Notes under the pieces: model-generated
The model's input: the letters and a program-made list of their open reading frames with translations, nothing else
Told to the model about the DNA's origin: nothing
Database searches by the model: none
Translations under genes and position numbers: made by a program
Source: an uncultured Flavobacteriaceae bacterium
GTDB taxonomy: Bacteria > Bacteroidota > Bacteroidia > Flavobacteriales > Flavobacteriaceae
Length of the DNA stretch: 64,000 nt
Direction of reading: 5' to 3'
NCBI GenBank assembly: GCA_913048115.1
Contig: CAJWVI010000002.1
Span: 50,095 to 114,094, forward strand
Shown: positions 29,151-38,373 of the stretch, in pieces
Layout: every line of letters starts with the position of its first letter
How positions within the stretch are numbered: the stretch's first letter is position 1

Positions 29151-29795
29151 TTAAGGCTGTAATCTATCTATGGCCCAATTATCATCTCTTTTCACATACC
29201 TAATTCTATCATGTAACCTACTGCTTCTACCCTGCCAAAATTCTAATACAATAGGGCGTATTAAATATCCTCCCCATGCTTCTGGTTTTGGAATAGTTTC
29301 TTCTTTGTATTTTTCTTCTAAAACTGCTAGTTTTTGCTCCAAAGCTTCTCTAGAATTAATGTATGCAGATTGATCACTCACCATGGCACCTAACTGGCTC
29401 TCTCGAGGTCGTTTATTAAAATATGCAATAGATTTTTCTTCTGAAATTTTTGTAGCCTCTCCAGTTATAATAATTTGACGCTCTAACACTGGCCAAAAAA
29501 AAGAAATACACACCTTGTTATTTGAGGCAATAGCTTGGCCTTTATCACTGGTGTAATTGGTATAAAAAACAAAGCCTTCTTGGGTAATTTCTTTTAGTAA
29601 AACCACACGAGATTTTGGTGCTCCTGTTGCATCTACAGTACTTAAGGTCATTGCATTTGGTTCCTCTACAGTAGACGATTCTTCTGCTTGTTGAAACCAA
29701 TTGGTAAATTGAACCATTGGGTTTTTTGAAACGGTATCTTTTGTAAGTGAACCTTTTTCGTATGATTTTCTATAGTCGTGAAGATTTTTATCCAT
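29151..29795 (-). CDS. pdxH: Pyridoxamine 5'-phosphate oxidase
   Basis: RVVLLK, FYTNY, EFWQGR..RLHDR. Confidence 0.96.
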   Translation of the reverse strand: MDKNLHDYRKSYEKGSLTKDTVSKNPMVQFTNWFQQAEESSTVEEPNAMTLSTVDATGAPKSRVVLLKEITQEGFVFYTNYTSDKGQAIASNNKVCISFFWPVLERQIIITGEATKISEEKSIAYFNKRPRESQLGAMVSDQSAYINSREALEQKLAVLEEKYKEETIPKPEAWGGYLIRPIVLEFWQGRSSRLHDRIRYVKRDDNWAIDRLQP

Positions 29796-29893
29796 AAAAA
29801 TTACTTTACTGCAAGGTACAAATATTGCAGAATGTATAATATACGAGAATCTTTAAAGTTATCTAAAAATTAAAAAAATAGTTGTCAAGAAGC

Positions 29894-30799
29894 TTAAATA
29901 TCAAACACCTTCCCGTCTTGTGCTAGTTGTGTTTGGCTAAATATCTCTTGAGCTTCATTTTTAAAAGCTTCATAATCGCTGTAACGACCAGAATAATGAC
30001 CTAGCACTAACGTGCCTACACCAGCTAGTTTTGCAATACTAGCAGCTTGCTTGGCTGTGCTGTGCATAGTTTTTGAAGACAAAGCTGCATGTTGTTCTAG
30101 AAAAGTTGCCTCATGATAAAGTAATGTAGCTTTCTTTATTTGTGGCACAATAGCTTCATGGTAACAGGTGTCACTGCAGTATGCGTAGGACTTTGGTGTT
30201 GATGGATCTATTGTTATGGATGCATTAGCAACCATGTTTCCTTTGGTGTCTGGAACATCAAAGCCTTGTTTTATTTTTTGAAAATAAGACATCTCAACGT
30301 CAAACTCCTTGGCCTTATCAATATCTAATATTCGGTCTCCTACTTTTTCTTGGAATAAGAAACCGTTTGTATACACTCTGTGTTTTAAAGGTATGGTGGT
30401 AACACTTAGAATATCATCTTCAAACAATACTTGGGGCTGCTTACTGTCTAGTTCATGAAAAAAAAGCTTATAGTTGGTATAACTATTTCCAAGTTTAAGT
30501 TGCATTAAAATAGCTTCTTTAATTCCTTGAGGGCCATAAATATGCAAATCAGAGGCTCTGCCTAGTAGTCTAAATGTTGATATTAATCCAACCAGTCCAA
30601 AAAAATGATCTCCATGTAAATGAGAAATGAAGATATGTTTTATTCTAGCAAACTTTACTTTACGTCTTCGAAGCTGAACCTGCGTCCCTTCTGCGCAATC
30701 TATCAAAAACAAGTGTCCTTTTACCTCCAATACTTGCGCTGTAGGATTAGCATCCCAACGGGGGGTAGCTGAATGACAACCAAGAATGGTTAATTTCAT
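29894..30799 (-). CDS. rnz: Ribonuclease Z
   Basis: DCAEGTQ, SHLHGDHFFG, HEATF, HST, LGHYSGRY. Confidence 0.96.
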   Translation of the reverse strand: MKLTILGCHSATPRWDANPTAQVLEVKGHLFLIDCAEGTQVQLRRRKVKFARIKHIFISHLHGDHFFGLVGLISTFRLLGRASDLHIYGPQGIKEAILMQLKLGNSYTNYKLFFHELDSKQPQVLFEDDILSVTTIPLKHRVYTNGFLFQEKVGDRILDIDKAKEFDVEMSYFQKIKQGFDVPDTKGNMVANASITIDPSTPKSYAYCSDTCYHEAIVPQIKKATLLYHEATFLEQHAALSSKTMHSTAKQAASIAKLAGVGTLVLGHYSGRYSDYEAFKNEAQEIFSQTQLAQDGKVFDI

Positions 30800-30901
30800 A
30801 CTAAAGGGAAGCTAGGTTAAACATAGAAGTTAAATTTGTGTTTAAGACAGTTATAAAAAAAATACAGATAAGCACCTTTAAAATATTTAAAGATATTGTT
30901 T

Positions 30902-31237
30902 TTAAAAACCTAAGTCTCTTTCAATTTCTTCCATCTCAATAACATCGGCTCCTTCAAGTAATGTTGGCACTACCATAATTTCATAAGGGATCAACTCAGG
31001 GTCAATGGCCGTGTTTAAAATAACAAAAGAATGTTTTGAAGCCCTGTGTGTGTTTGACACTTGTATAAATAACAACAATTGCTCCAGGGTTAAATGCTCA
31101 TACTTCAACAAATCTATAATTAGATTTTGAGTCTTAAAAGATGTAGGAACTTTATGAGCTAAAAATTTCGCAAAATCTTGAATTGCATCACGCTGGTCAC
31201 ACAAAACAGTATATGTGTTAGATTTTTTAACTATCAT
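30902..31237 (-). CDS. Conserved hypothetical protein between pyrB and rnz
   Basis: 111 aa; C-terminal VPTLLEGADVIEMEEIERDLGF typical of this Bacteroidota family. Confidence 0.8.
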   Translation of the reverse strand: MIVKKSNTYTVLCDQRDAIQDFAKFLAHKVPTSFKTQNLIIDLLKYEHLTLEQLLLFIQVSNTHRASKHSFVILNTAIDPELIPYEIMVVPTLLEGADVIEMEEIERDLGF

Positions 31238-32165
31238 TTCTTTTTATTTTAGAAGCCAGTAAATACAATACCGCCATACGCACTGCTACTCCATTTTGAA
31301 CCTGATCTAAAATAATGGCCTGCTTACTATCTGCAACGTCACTTGTTATTTCTACACCTCTATTAATTGGGCCAGGGTGCATGACTATAATTTCTTTATC
31401 TAGGCTGTCTAATATTTTTTTATTCAAACCAAACTGCTGGGTGTATTCTCTAGTTGAGGGAAAATAACTAATATCCATACGTTCGTTTTGAACACGTAAC
31501 ATATTAGCAACATCACACCAATTTAAAGCCTTTATTAAATTGGGTTCAAATTGAACACCTAATGACTCAATATACCGAGGCATTAATGTTTTTGGGCCAC
31601 AAACCTTGACGGTTGCACCTAGTTTTTGTAGCGCAAAAATATTAGACAAAGCAACTCTTGAGTGTAATATATCTCCAACAATAACTACATTTTTGCCCGC
31701 TACATCTCCTAGCCTTTCTCTAATAGAATAGCAATCTAATAAGGCTTGTGTAGGGTGTTCATGAGCTCCATCTCCAGCATTAATAATACTTGCATTTATA
31801 TGTTTTGACAAAAATACGCCTGCTCCCGGATTAGGATGGCGCATCACAACCATATCTACTTTCATAGAAAGTATGTTATTTACGGTATCTACCAGAGACT
31901 CCCCCTTTTTAACAGAAGAGGATCCTGCTGAAAAGTTTATAATATCTGCAGAAAGTCTTTTCTCTGCTAGCTCAAAAGATAGCCTTGTACGTGTACTGTT
32001 TTCAAAAAATAAATTAGCAATAGTGATGTCTCGTAAAGAGGGTACTTTTTTAATAGGCCTTTGTATCACTTCTTTAAAATGATCTGCGGTTTCAAAGATG
32101 AGTTGTATGTCCTCTTCTGTAATGTATTTAATTCCTAATAAGTGATTTACGCTTAATTCAATCAT
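31227..32165 (-). CDS. pyrB: Aspartate carbamoyltransferase catalytic subunit
   Basis: FFENSTRT, HEHPTQALLD, GDILHSRVA, MHPGP. Confidence 0.97.
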   Translation of the reverse strand: MIELSVNHLLGIKYITEEDIQLIFETADHFKEVIQRPIKKVPSLRDITIANLFFENSTRTRLSFELAEKRLSADIINFSAGSSSVKKGESLVDTVNNILSMKVDMVVMRHPNPGAGVFLSKHINASIINAGDGAHEHPTQALLDCYSIRERLGDVAGKNVVIVGDILHSRVALSNIFALQKLGATVKVCGPKTLMPRYIESLGVQFEPNLIKALNWCDVANMLRVQNERMDISYFPSTREYTQQFGLNKKILDSLDKEIIVMHPGPINRGVEITSDVADSKQAIILDQVQNGVAVRMAVLYLLASKIKRNDS

Positions 32166-32166
32166 C

Positions 32167-32712
32167 CTATATCTGTTCTTTTATTAAATATACTGCGTCT
32201 TCTCCTTCGTTTTCTTGCCAACAAACCTTTACTTTCTCACCACCAATAGCATCTACTTGGCGTCCTCTATAATCGGGCTGTATGGGTAAATGTCTACTAA
32301 ATCTTCTATCTATGAGTGTAAGTAATTCTATTTCTGTGGGGCGGCCAAAGTCCCCAATGGCAGTTAAAGCGCTTCTTATGCTTCTTCCTGTATACAAAAC
32401 ATCGTCAATGAAGACTACTTTTTTATTTTCAACAACAAAATTAATAGCAGTTTCATTTGCAGCAAGAGGCTTTTCACTTCTTCTAAAGTCGTCCCGGTAG
32501 AAGGTAATATCAAGTAGCCCTGATTGTATGTTTTTAATTTTGTAATCGTTCTCTAAGATAGTCACCAAGCGTTTTGCTAAAAAACCACCCCTTGGCTGGA
32601 TGCCAATGAGTACTGTGTTTGTAAAGTTGTCGTGCTTTTCTATTAATTGACAAGCCAAACGATGCAAAGCGATATGAATCTCTGTCGCGTCTAATAGTGT
32701 TTTTTGGCTCAT
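32167..32712 (-). CDS. pyrR: Bifunctional pyr regulator / uracil phosphoribosyltransferase
   Basis: LDITFYRDD, IDDVLYTGR, LIDRR...LPIQPDY; likely start MSQK at 32712. Confidence 0.93.
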   Translation of the reverse strand: MSQKTLLDATEIHIALHRLACQLIEKHDNFTNTVLIGIQPRGGFLAKRLVTILENDYKIKNIQSGLLDITFYRDDFRRSEKPLAANETAINFVVENKKVVFIDDVLYTGRSIRSALTAIGDFGRPTEIELLTLIDRRFSRHLPIQPDYRGRQVDAIGGEKVKVCWQENEGEDAVYLIKEQI

Positions 32713-32742
32713 AAGGAAGTGTTCTGAAACGTATTCAGGATA

Positions 32743-32750
32743 CAAAAGTA
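32743..32750 (-). promoter_or_regulatory. -7 element TACTTTTG for the pyrR operon
   Basis: Exact match 30 nt before ATG. Confidence 0.6.
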
Positions 32751-32782
32751 CCACTTTTTACTAAATCAAAGCAGTAAATAAC

Positions 32783-32806
32783 ATGTACAAGGCAAATCTT
32801 GTACAT
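32783..32806 (-). terminator. Hairpin after the HD hydrolase stop (possible terminator)
   Basis: atgtacaag/cttgtacat 9-bp perfect stem; weak U tail. Confidence 0.5.
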
Positions 32807-32818
32807 AATTATCGCATT

Positions 32819-34864
32819 TTATTCTGGATATTCTACGCGTAAATGATAGATATTATTGAGTTTTTTCTTTAAAACCTTCTTTATTAGTTGAATGTCCTTA
32901 AAAGTAACATTGGCATTTAAAAACTGACCTTGTTCCATTTGTCCATCAATAATTTTTTCTACAAAAGCATCAATCTTTGTTGAAGTAGGATCTTTTAGGC
33001 TTTTACTAGCTGCCTCGACACTATCTGCCATCATTAAAATAGCAGTTTCTTTAGAAAATGGTATAGGTCCAGGATATTTAAAATCTTCAGGATTTGCAGC
33101 ACCTTGTCTGTCCATCTGCTTTTTATAAAAATAATACACCATACTTGTACCGTGATGGGTCCGTATAAAGTCTATAATTCTATCTGGAAGTTTATTTTTT
33201 CTTGCTATTTCAATACCGTCAATAACGTGGTTAATAATAATATTTGCACTTTCTTTTGGATCTAATTCATCGTGAGAATTTACTCCACTCAATTGATTTT
33301 CTGTAAAATAGGTTGGGCTTGCCATTTTCCCAATATCGTGATACAGAGCGCCTACTCTTACTAGCATAGAGTTTGCGCCAATTTCTTGAGCAGCAGCTTC
33401 TGCAAGGTTCGCTACGTTTAAAGAATGGTGAAAAGTACCTGGAGCTTTATTAGAGAGTTCTTTCAATAGTTTTGAATTGGTATCACTCAACTCTAACAGC
33501 GAAACATCTGAAACCAAACCAAATAATTTTTCATAAAAATAAATTAATGGGTGCGCAAATAGTGTCGCTAAACCACACAGGACAAAGTACCCGAAGATTT
33601 CCCACTCAAATCCATAAATATTTCCTTCCTGTATCAAGACAAAAGCAAAGTAGCCAATAATATAAATTAAGGTAATTTGCCCTACCGAAATGAAGAGGTT
33701 GGCTCTTTTGTATAATTCAGAAACGGTCAAGATGGTCACAATTCCTGCTATAATCTGCAAAAACAAATACTCAAAACTGTTTGGCACTATAAACCCTAAC
33801 AACAAAACAGTAAGAACATGAACAAACAAACCAAGTCTAGGATCAAAAAATGCCTTTATGATTAACGGTAAAATACAAAGTGGCACTACATACACATATT
33901 TGGCATCCAGCTTAACAACAATAGTTGTTAGTAACACCATTAACAATACATTAAAAAAGATGAAGGTTACCTTTGTGTTGTTATTATAAATCTCTGGCCT
34001 GTATTTCTTCAAAAACAAGAACAACATTAATAAAACCAACATAACCAAAAGAGCATACCCAACCAAAAGCCAGAGGTAATTTGATTTTGTCCATACTTGA
34101 GATTGATACTCTGCCTTAAGAGAATCTAGAATTTGATACGTGTCTCCCTCTACGACTTCTCCTTTTGCTATGATGCGACCACTTTTTTCTATGATACCTC
34201 TATTGGGGTTCATTGCATTTATCTCGTCATCAATAGCTGCTTGAGTTAATTTAGTGTTTAAAGAGACGTTAGGCCTAAGTACTCTAGTAAGAATCTTTTC
34301 AATTAAAACTGTACTAGGAGAAATAGCATCTAAGCTAGTTGATGCCTTAAGAATAGTCTCTACGTTTTCAAAATTTACGATTTGATGAAAAGTAACCTCA
34401 TCAATTTCATTTGCAGTTTTGAGATAAACTAGCTTATCTGCGTCATAAGAATATAGCTCGTTGACAATTCCATGATTATATATTTTATCAATAATACCCT
34501 CTGCGCGACTTTGAATAACAGCCTTAGGAACCGCAAACAATGTGTCTACATAGGTTTCATTTAACAAACGTGAGAGCTCCATAGAAACCACATCTACAAT
34601 AGCCAAGTCCATATTAAAGTAGGGAACAGCATTGTTGATTATTTGTTGTTTTTCAGCTTCTAAGGATGCTGCATCTTTTTTAATTGTAAAACTAAAGGGA
34701 GCATACAAGTTTTCATACTGCCAAGGTTTCCCTTTTTGAAAATCATACTTAAACTGGCCTCCTTTTGGGAAAAGGTATATAATTAAAAAAGTAGCTGCAA
34801 TAAAAAGAAACCCCTTGTATAGTAGGGATTGATTTCTTGATAAGACACTTAAAGTATTTTTCAT
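32819..34864 (-). CDS. 7TM-HD phosphohydrolase (PgpH-like cyclic-di-AMP phosphodiesterase)
   Basis: N-terminal TM, large extracytoplasmic loop, multiple TMs, APGTFHHS, YHDIGK, HHGT, MADSVEAA; likely start 34864. Confidence 0.88.
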   Translation of the reverse strand: MKNTLSVLSRNQSLLYKGFLFIAATFLIIYLFPKGGQFKYDFQKGKPWQYENLYAPFSFTIKKDAASLEAEKQQIINNAVPYFNMDLAIVDVVSMELSRLLNETYVDTLFAVPKAVIQSRAEGIIDKIYNHGIVNELYSYDADKLVYLKTANEIDEVTFHQIVNFENVETILKASTSLDAISPSTVLIEKILTRVLRPNVSLNTKLTQAAIDDEINAMNPNRGIIEKSGRIIAKGEVVEGDTYQILDSLKAEYQSQVWTKSNYLWLLVGYALLVMLVLLMLFLFLKKYRPEIYNNNTKVTFIFFNVLLMVLLTTIVVKLDAKYVYVVPLCILPLIIKAFFDPRLGLFVHVLTVLLLGFIVPNSFEYLFLQIIAGIVTILTVSELYKRANLFISVGQITLIYIIGYFAFVLIQEGNIYGFEWEIFGYFVLCGLATLFAHPLIYFYEKLFGLVSDVSLLELSDTNSKLLKELSNKAPGTFHHSLNVANLAEAAAQEIGANSMLVRVGALYHDIGKMASPTYFTENQLSGVNSHDELDPKESANIIINHVIDGIEIARKNKLPDRIIDFIRTHHGTSMVYYFYKKQMDRQGAANPEDFKYPGPIPFSKETAILMMADSVEAASKSLKDPTSTKIDAFVEKIIDGQMEQGQFLNANVTFKDIQLIKKVLKKKLNNIYHLRVEYPE

Positions 34865-35018
34865 ATAATTAATATTCAAGGTAAAGATACCCATTGAACA
34901 AAGGAATCACAAAACCTATGACTGTAAAGATTGATAATTTAGTTAGAAATATGTAATTTCGTGGCCATTATTTAAGACATGATACTGTTGTCTATTTAAA
35001 ATATCTTAAAATATAATT

Positions 35019-36197
35019 ATGATTAAAAAAGTTGTTATTGTTTCTGCAGTTCGTACCCCAATAGGGAGCTTTATGGGAGGTTTATCTTCATTAACAGCTA
35101 CTGAATTAGGTAGTTTGGCAATTAAAGGAGCTTTAGATAAAATTAACCTAGACGCCACACAAGTACATGAGGTGTACATGGGTAATGTAGTTCAAGCTGG
35201 AGTAGGTCAAGCACCTGCAAGACAAGCAGCTTTAGGAGCTGGTATTCCAAACTCGGTGCCTTGTACAACTGTAAATAAGGTGTGTGCCTCTGGCATGAAA
35301 GCAGTCATGAACGCAGCACAGGCTATTGCCTTGGGCGATGCAGATGTAGTTGTAGCGGGAGGAATGGAAAGCATGAGTAACATACCACATTATGTACACA
35401 TGCGTAACGGAGTGAAATTTGGACCAACTACACTAGTAGATGGTGTTCAAAAAGATGGGCTAATAGACACATTTAATAACAATGCGATGGGTGTTTTTGC
35501 AGACAAATGTGCTCTAGAATATAATTTCTCAAGAGAAGATCAAGATGCATTTGCTATTCAATCTTATGAGCGTTCTGCTAAGGCCTGGAGTGAAGGTAAA
35601 TTCTCAAACGAAGTAGTTCCAGTGGCGGTGCCACAACGAAGAGGAGAGGATTTAATTATTAGCGAAGATGAGGAGTTTAAAAAGATAAAAATAGAGAAAA
35701 TTCCTTCTTTACGTGCTGCCTTTACTAAAGAAGGAACTGTTACGGCCGCTAATGCATCTACTATTAATGATGGTGCTGGCGCTATGATTTTAATGAGCCA
35801 GGAAAAAGCCAATGAACTTGGACTAACAATATTAGCCACTATAAAAGGATATGCAGATGCAGCTCATGAGCCAGAGTGGTTTACGACAGCTCCGTCAAAA
35901 GCATTACCAATAGCATTAGCAAAGGCTGGAGTTACTCAAGATCAAGTTGATTTCTTTGAACTCAATGAGGCATTTGCTATAGTAGGGCTTGCAAACATGA
36001 AGGCTTTGGGACTTACTAATAGCAATGTAAATGTAAATGGTGGCGCCGTTTCTTTAGGGCACCCTTTAGGATGCAGCGGTGTGCGCATCTTAATAACGTT
36101 GGTAAATGTTCTGCAACAAAATGACGCAAAAATAGGAGCAGCTGCAGTTTGTAATGGCGGTGGTGGCGCCTCTGCCATGGTAATTGAAAGAGCATAA
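35019..36197 (+). CDS. Acetyl-CoA C-acetyltransferase (thiolase)
   Basis: VNKVCASG, ELNEAF, GHPLGCSG, CNGGGG. Confidence 0.96.
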   Translation: MIKKVVIVSAVRTPIGSFMGGLSSLTATELGSLAIKGALDKINLDATQVHEVYMGNVVQAGVGQAPARQAALGAGIPNSVPCTTVNKVCASGMKAVMNAAQAIALGDADVVVAGGMESMSNIPHYVHMRNGVKFGPTTLVDGVQKDGLIDTFNNNAMGVFADKCALEYNFSREDQDAFAIQSYERSAKAWSEGKFSNEVVPVAVPQRRGEDLIISEDEEFKKIKIEKIPSLRAAFTKEGTVTAANASTINDGAGAMILMSQEKANELGLTILATIKGYADAAHEPEWFTTAPSKALPIALAKAGVTQDQVDFFELNEAFAIVGLANMKALGLTNSNVNVNGGAVSLGHPLGCSGVRILITLVNVLQQNDAKIGAAAVCNGGGGASAMVIERA

Positions 36198-36213
36198 TTT
36201 TCAAACCTATTCT

Positions 36214-36963
36214 ATGAAATACGGTATTTGTAACCTTAGTTTAATTCCCCTTAGGGTAGAAGCTGCAGACAGCAGTGAACTAGTCACGCAAGTATTGTAT
36301 GGAGAACTGTTTAAAATATTAGAATCTAGAAAAAAATGGAGTAGAATTCGGTTAGCCTTTGATGGCTATCAGGGCTGGGTAGATAATAAACAATTTGCGT
36401 TTATTGAACAAGAGCACTACATGAATTTCTCTAAACAAAACCCAATACTTTCTGAAGACTTGGTTGATATGGTAACCACACCTAACAATCAAATACTATC
36501 TATAGTGATGGGGAGTTCTTTAAATACAATAGTGCATTTAAACCATTTGTTTGATGGCCGTAGAATAGCACAAAAGTTTCCGAAAAATAATCTAATAGAA
36601 ACCGCTTTACTATATCTTAATACTCCTTATTTATGGGGAGGTAAAACACCCTTTGGTATTGATTGTAGTGGTTTCACACAGATGGTCTACAAACTTAATG
36701 GCTACAAGCTTAAGCGCGATGCAAGCCAACAAGTTGAGCAAGGAGAGGCCTTGAGCTTTATAGAAGAAAGTGAGCCTGGTGATTTAGCATTTTTTGACAA
36801 CTCAGAGGGAGCTATTACCCATGTAGGTATTATTATGAAAGATCATTATATTATTCATGCTCATGGTAAGGTTCGTATAGACAGACTGGACCATACAGGC
36901 ATTTTTAATATAGACACCAATCTACATACTCATACCCTAAGAGTTATCAAACGAATTGTCTAA
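36214..36963 (+). CDS. SH3 + NlpC/P60 (C40) peptidase
   Basis: TQVLYGE SH3-like start; PYLWGG, GIDCSG, HVG, HAH; likely start 36214. Confidence 0.92.
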   Translation: MKYGICNLSLIPLRVEAADSSELVTQVLYGELFKILESRKKWSRIRLAFDGYQGWVDNKQFAFIEQEHYMNFSKQNPILSEDLVDMVTTPNNQILSIVMGSSLNTIVHLNHLFDGRRIAQKFPKNNLIETALLYLNTPYLWGGKTPFGIDCSGFTQMVYKLNGYKLKRDASQQVEQGEALSFIEESEPGDLAFFDNSEGAITHVGIIMKDHYIIHAHGKVRIDRLDHTGIFNIDTNLHTHTLRVIKRIV

Positions 36964-36995
36964 GGCTATTTTAAAAGAGAATCGTTTATACCCAT

Positions 36996-37026
36996 AAAAA
37001 AACCCGCTATAAATAGCGGGTTTTTT
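36996..37026. terminator. Bidirectional intrinsic terminator
   Basis: aaaaaacccgctat-aa-atagcgggtttttt. Confidence 0.9.
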
Positions 37027-37045
37027 ATATTCAACAAAGACTGTT

Positions 37046-38311
37046 TTATTTATCTTCTATAGTAGCTAGTTTTATTTTCATTTCAGAAAACTTAGCATCC
37101 ATACTTAATTGGCTATAAATCTCCATTAGCTTTCTAATTAATTGAGGATTATTACCTCTAGAAGCTAATGCAGATTCTAAATATGGTAATGCCTCTTTGT
37201 ATAATCCTTCACGCTTAGCCTCTAATACGTCATAGCGCTTAGAATCTGCTCTTGACATTCCTAAGCTGTTCATCTCATCAACAATTTTTAGTTCATCGTT
37301 AAGTATTAAAGCTCCTAAATTTACTTGAGCAGATGGATAATCTGGCTTTAAGGCCAAAGCTTTTTTATAATACTCCATTGCTTTTGTTGCATTTCCAGTA
37401 GAGGCAGCAACAACACCTATATTATAATAAGGCTCTGGATCTGTAGGATCAAAATCCAAAACTTGTTGCATCAACACATCGTAACGGCCTATATTTCCCA
37501 TTTTATAAACCATTTCTGCTTCTGCACGTATTAAGGTTATGTCTGTAGGGTTTTGTTCTCTAGCTTCTTGCATAAGCGCAATAGCTTTGTCGTTCTCTCC
37601 TTTACTTGAGAGTATTAGCACTACATTCTTTAAAATATCTCCTTTTACAGAGCCAGACATACGCTCACTAGGTTTTGTGTATTTTCCAGAAATCAATTCA
37701 GAATTTCTATCTGCTTCAGATGCGAAAGTTACCGTTTCATCGTCTTCGATACGCAGTGCAATATATTGCTTCTTAATACCTGTATAATTCATTGCTAGCA
37801 GCTGTTGATAATAGTCTAAACTAGCATCATAGTCTTTAGCACTTATCATGCTCTCTGCAGCGTAATAAAGATCAATAGTATCGTTTTTTACAGTATAACT
37901 TAAATAGAACTTCTCCCCTGCTGATGCATATTTCTTTGCCTGAGAATCTGTAACAGCACTATTAAATAAGGCAACACGGGTGTTGTCTAATCCATTATTT
38001 ATAATACCCTGGTTTACTTTATTTACATCCAACTCTTTAGCCTTGATGAAAGCTACTGCCGCTGCCTTCATTTTTTCATAGCCAGTTTTACCCGCATCGG
38101 CAAGCGTAACTTCACCTAAAGCAATATAAAAATCGATTTTGGTGCTAATATCTGCAGTACCTAACTTAGACTCAGCAGTAACTAAAAGTGTTTTTGCTGT
38201 CTCGACATCTCCTTTAACAAAGGCTTTTTGCGCCTTTTTTATTTCTTTCTTTTGTCCAAATGACGCTACAGCAATTAAAAGCGCGGCAGCCATTAATAAT
38301 GGTTTTTTCAT
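37046..38311 (-). CDS. Secreted tetratricopeptide repeat protein
   Basis: Signal peptide (MKKPLL at 38311); TPR repeats such as PYYNIGVV...AMEYYKKALALKPDY. Confidence 0.88.
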   Translation of the reverse strand: MKKPLLMAAALLIAVASFGQKKEIKKAQKAFVKGDVETAKTLLVTAESKLGTADISTKIDFYIALGEVTLADAGKTGYEKMKAAAVAFIKAKELDVNKVNQGIINNGLDNTRVALFNSAVTDSQAKKYASAGEKFYLSYTVKNDTIDLYYAAESMISAKDYDASLDYYQQLLAMNYTGIKKQYIALRIEDDETVTFASEADRNSELISGKYTKPSERMSGSVKGDILKNVVLILSSKGENDKAIALMQEAREQNPTDITLIRAEAEMVYKMGNIGRYDVLMQQVLDFDPTDPEPYYNIGVVAASTGNATKAMEYYKKALALKPDYPSAQVNLGALILNDELKIVDEMNSLGMSRADSKRYDVLEAKREGLYKEALPYLESALASRGNNPQLIRKLMEIYSQLSMDAKFSEMKIKLATIEDK

Positions 38312-38373
38312 TTTTTTAATTATTATGATCAAAAAGCACTTTTTTTTTGCCTTTTTGAAATATTAATAGTTTA

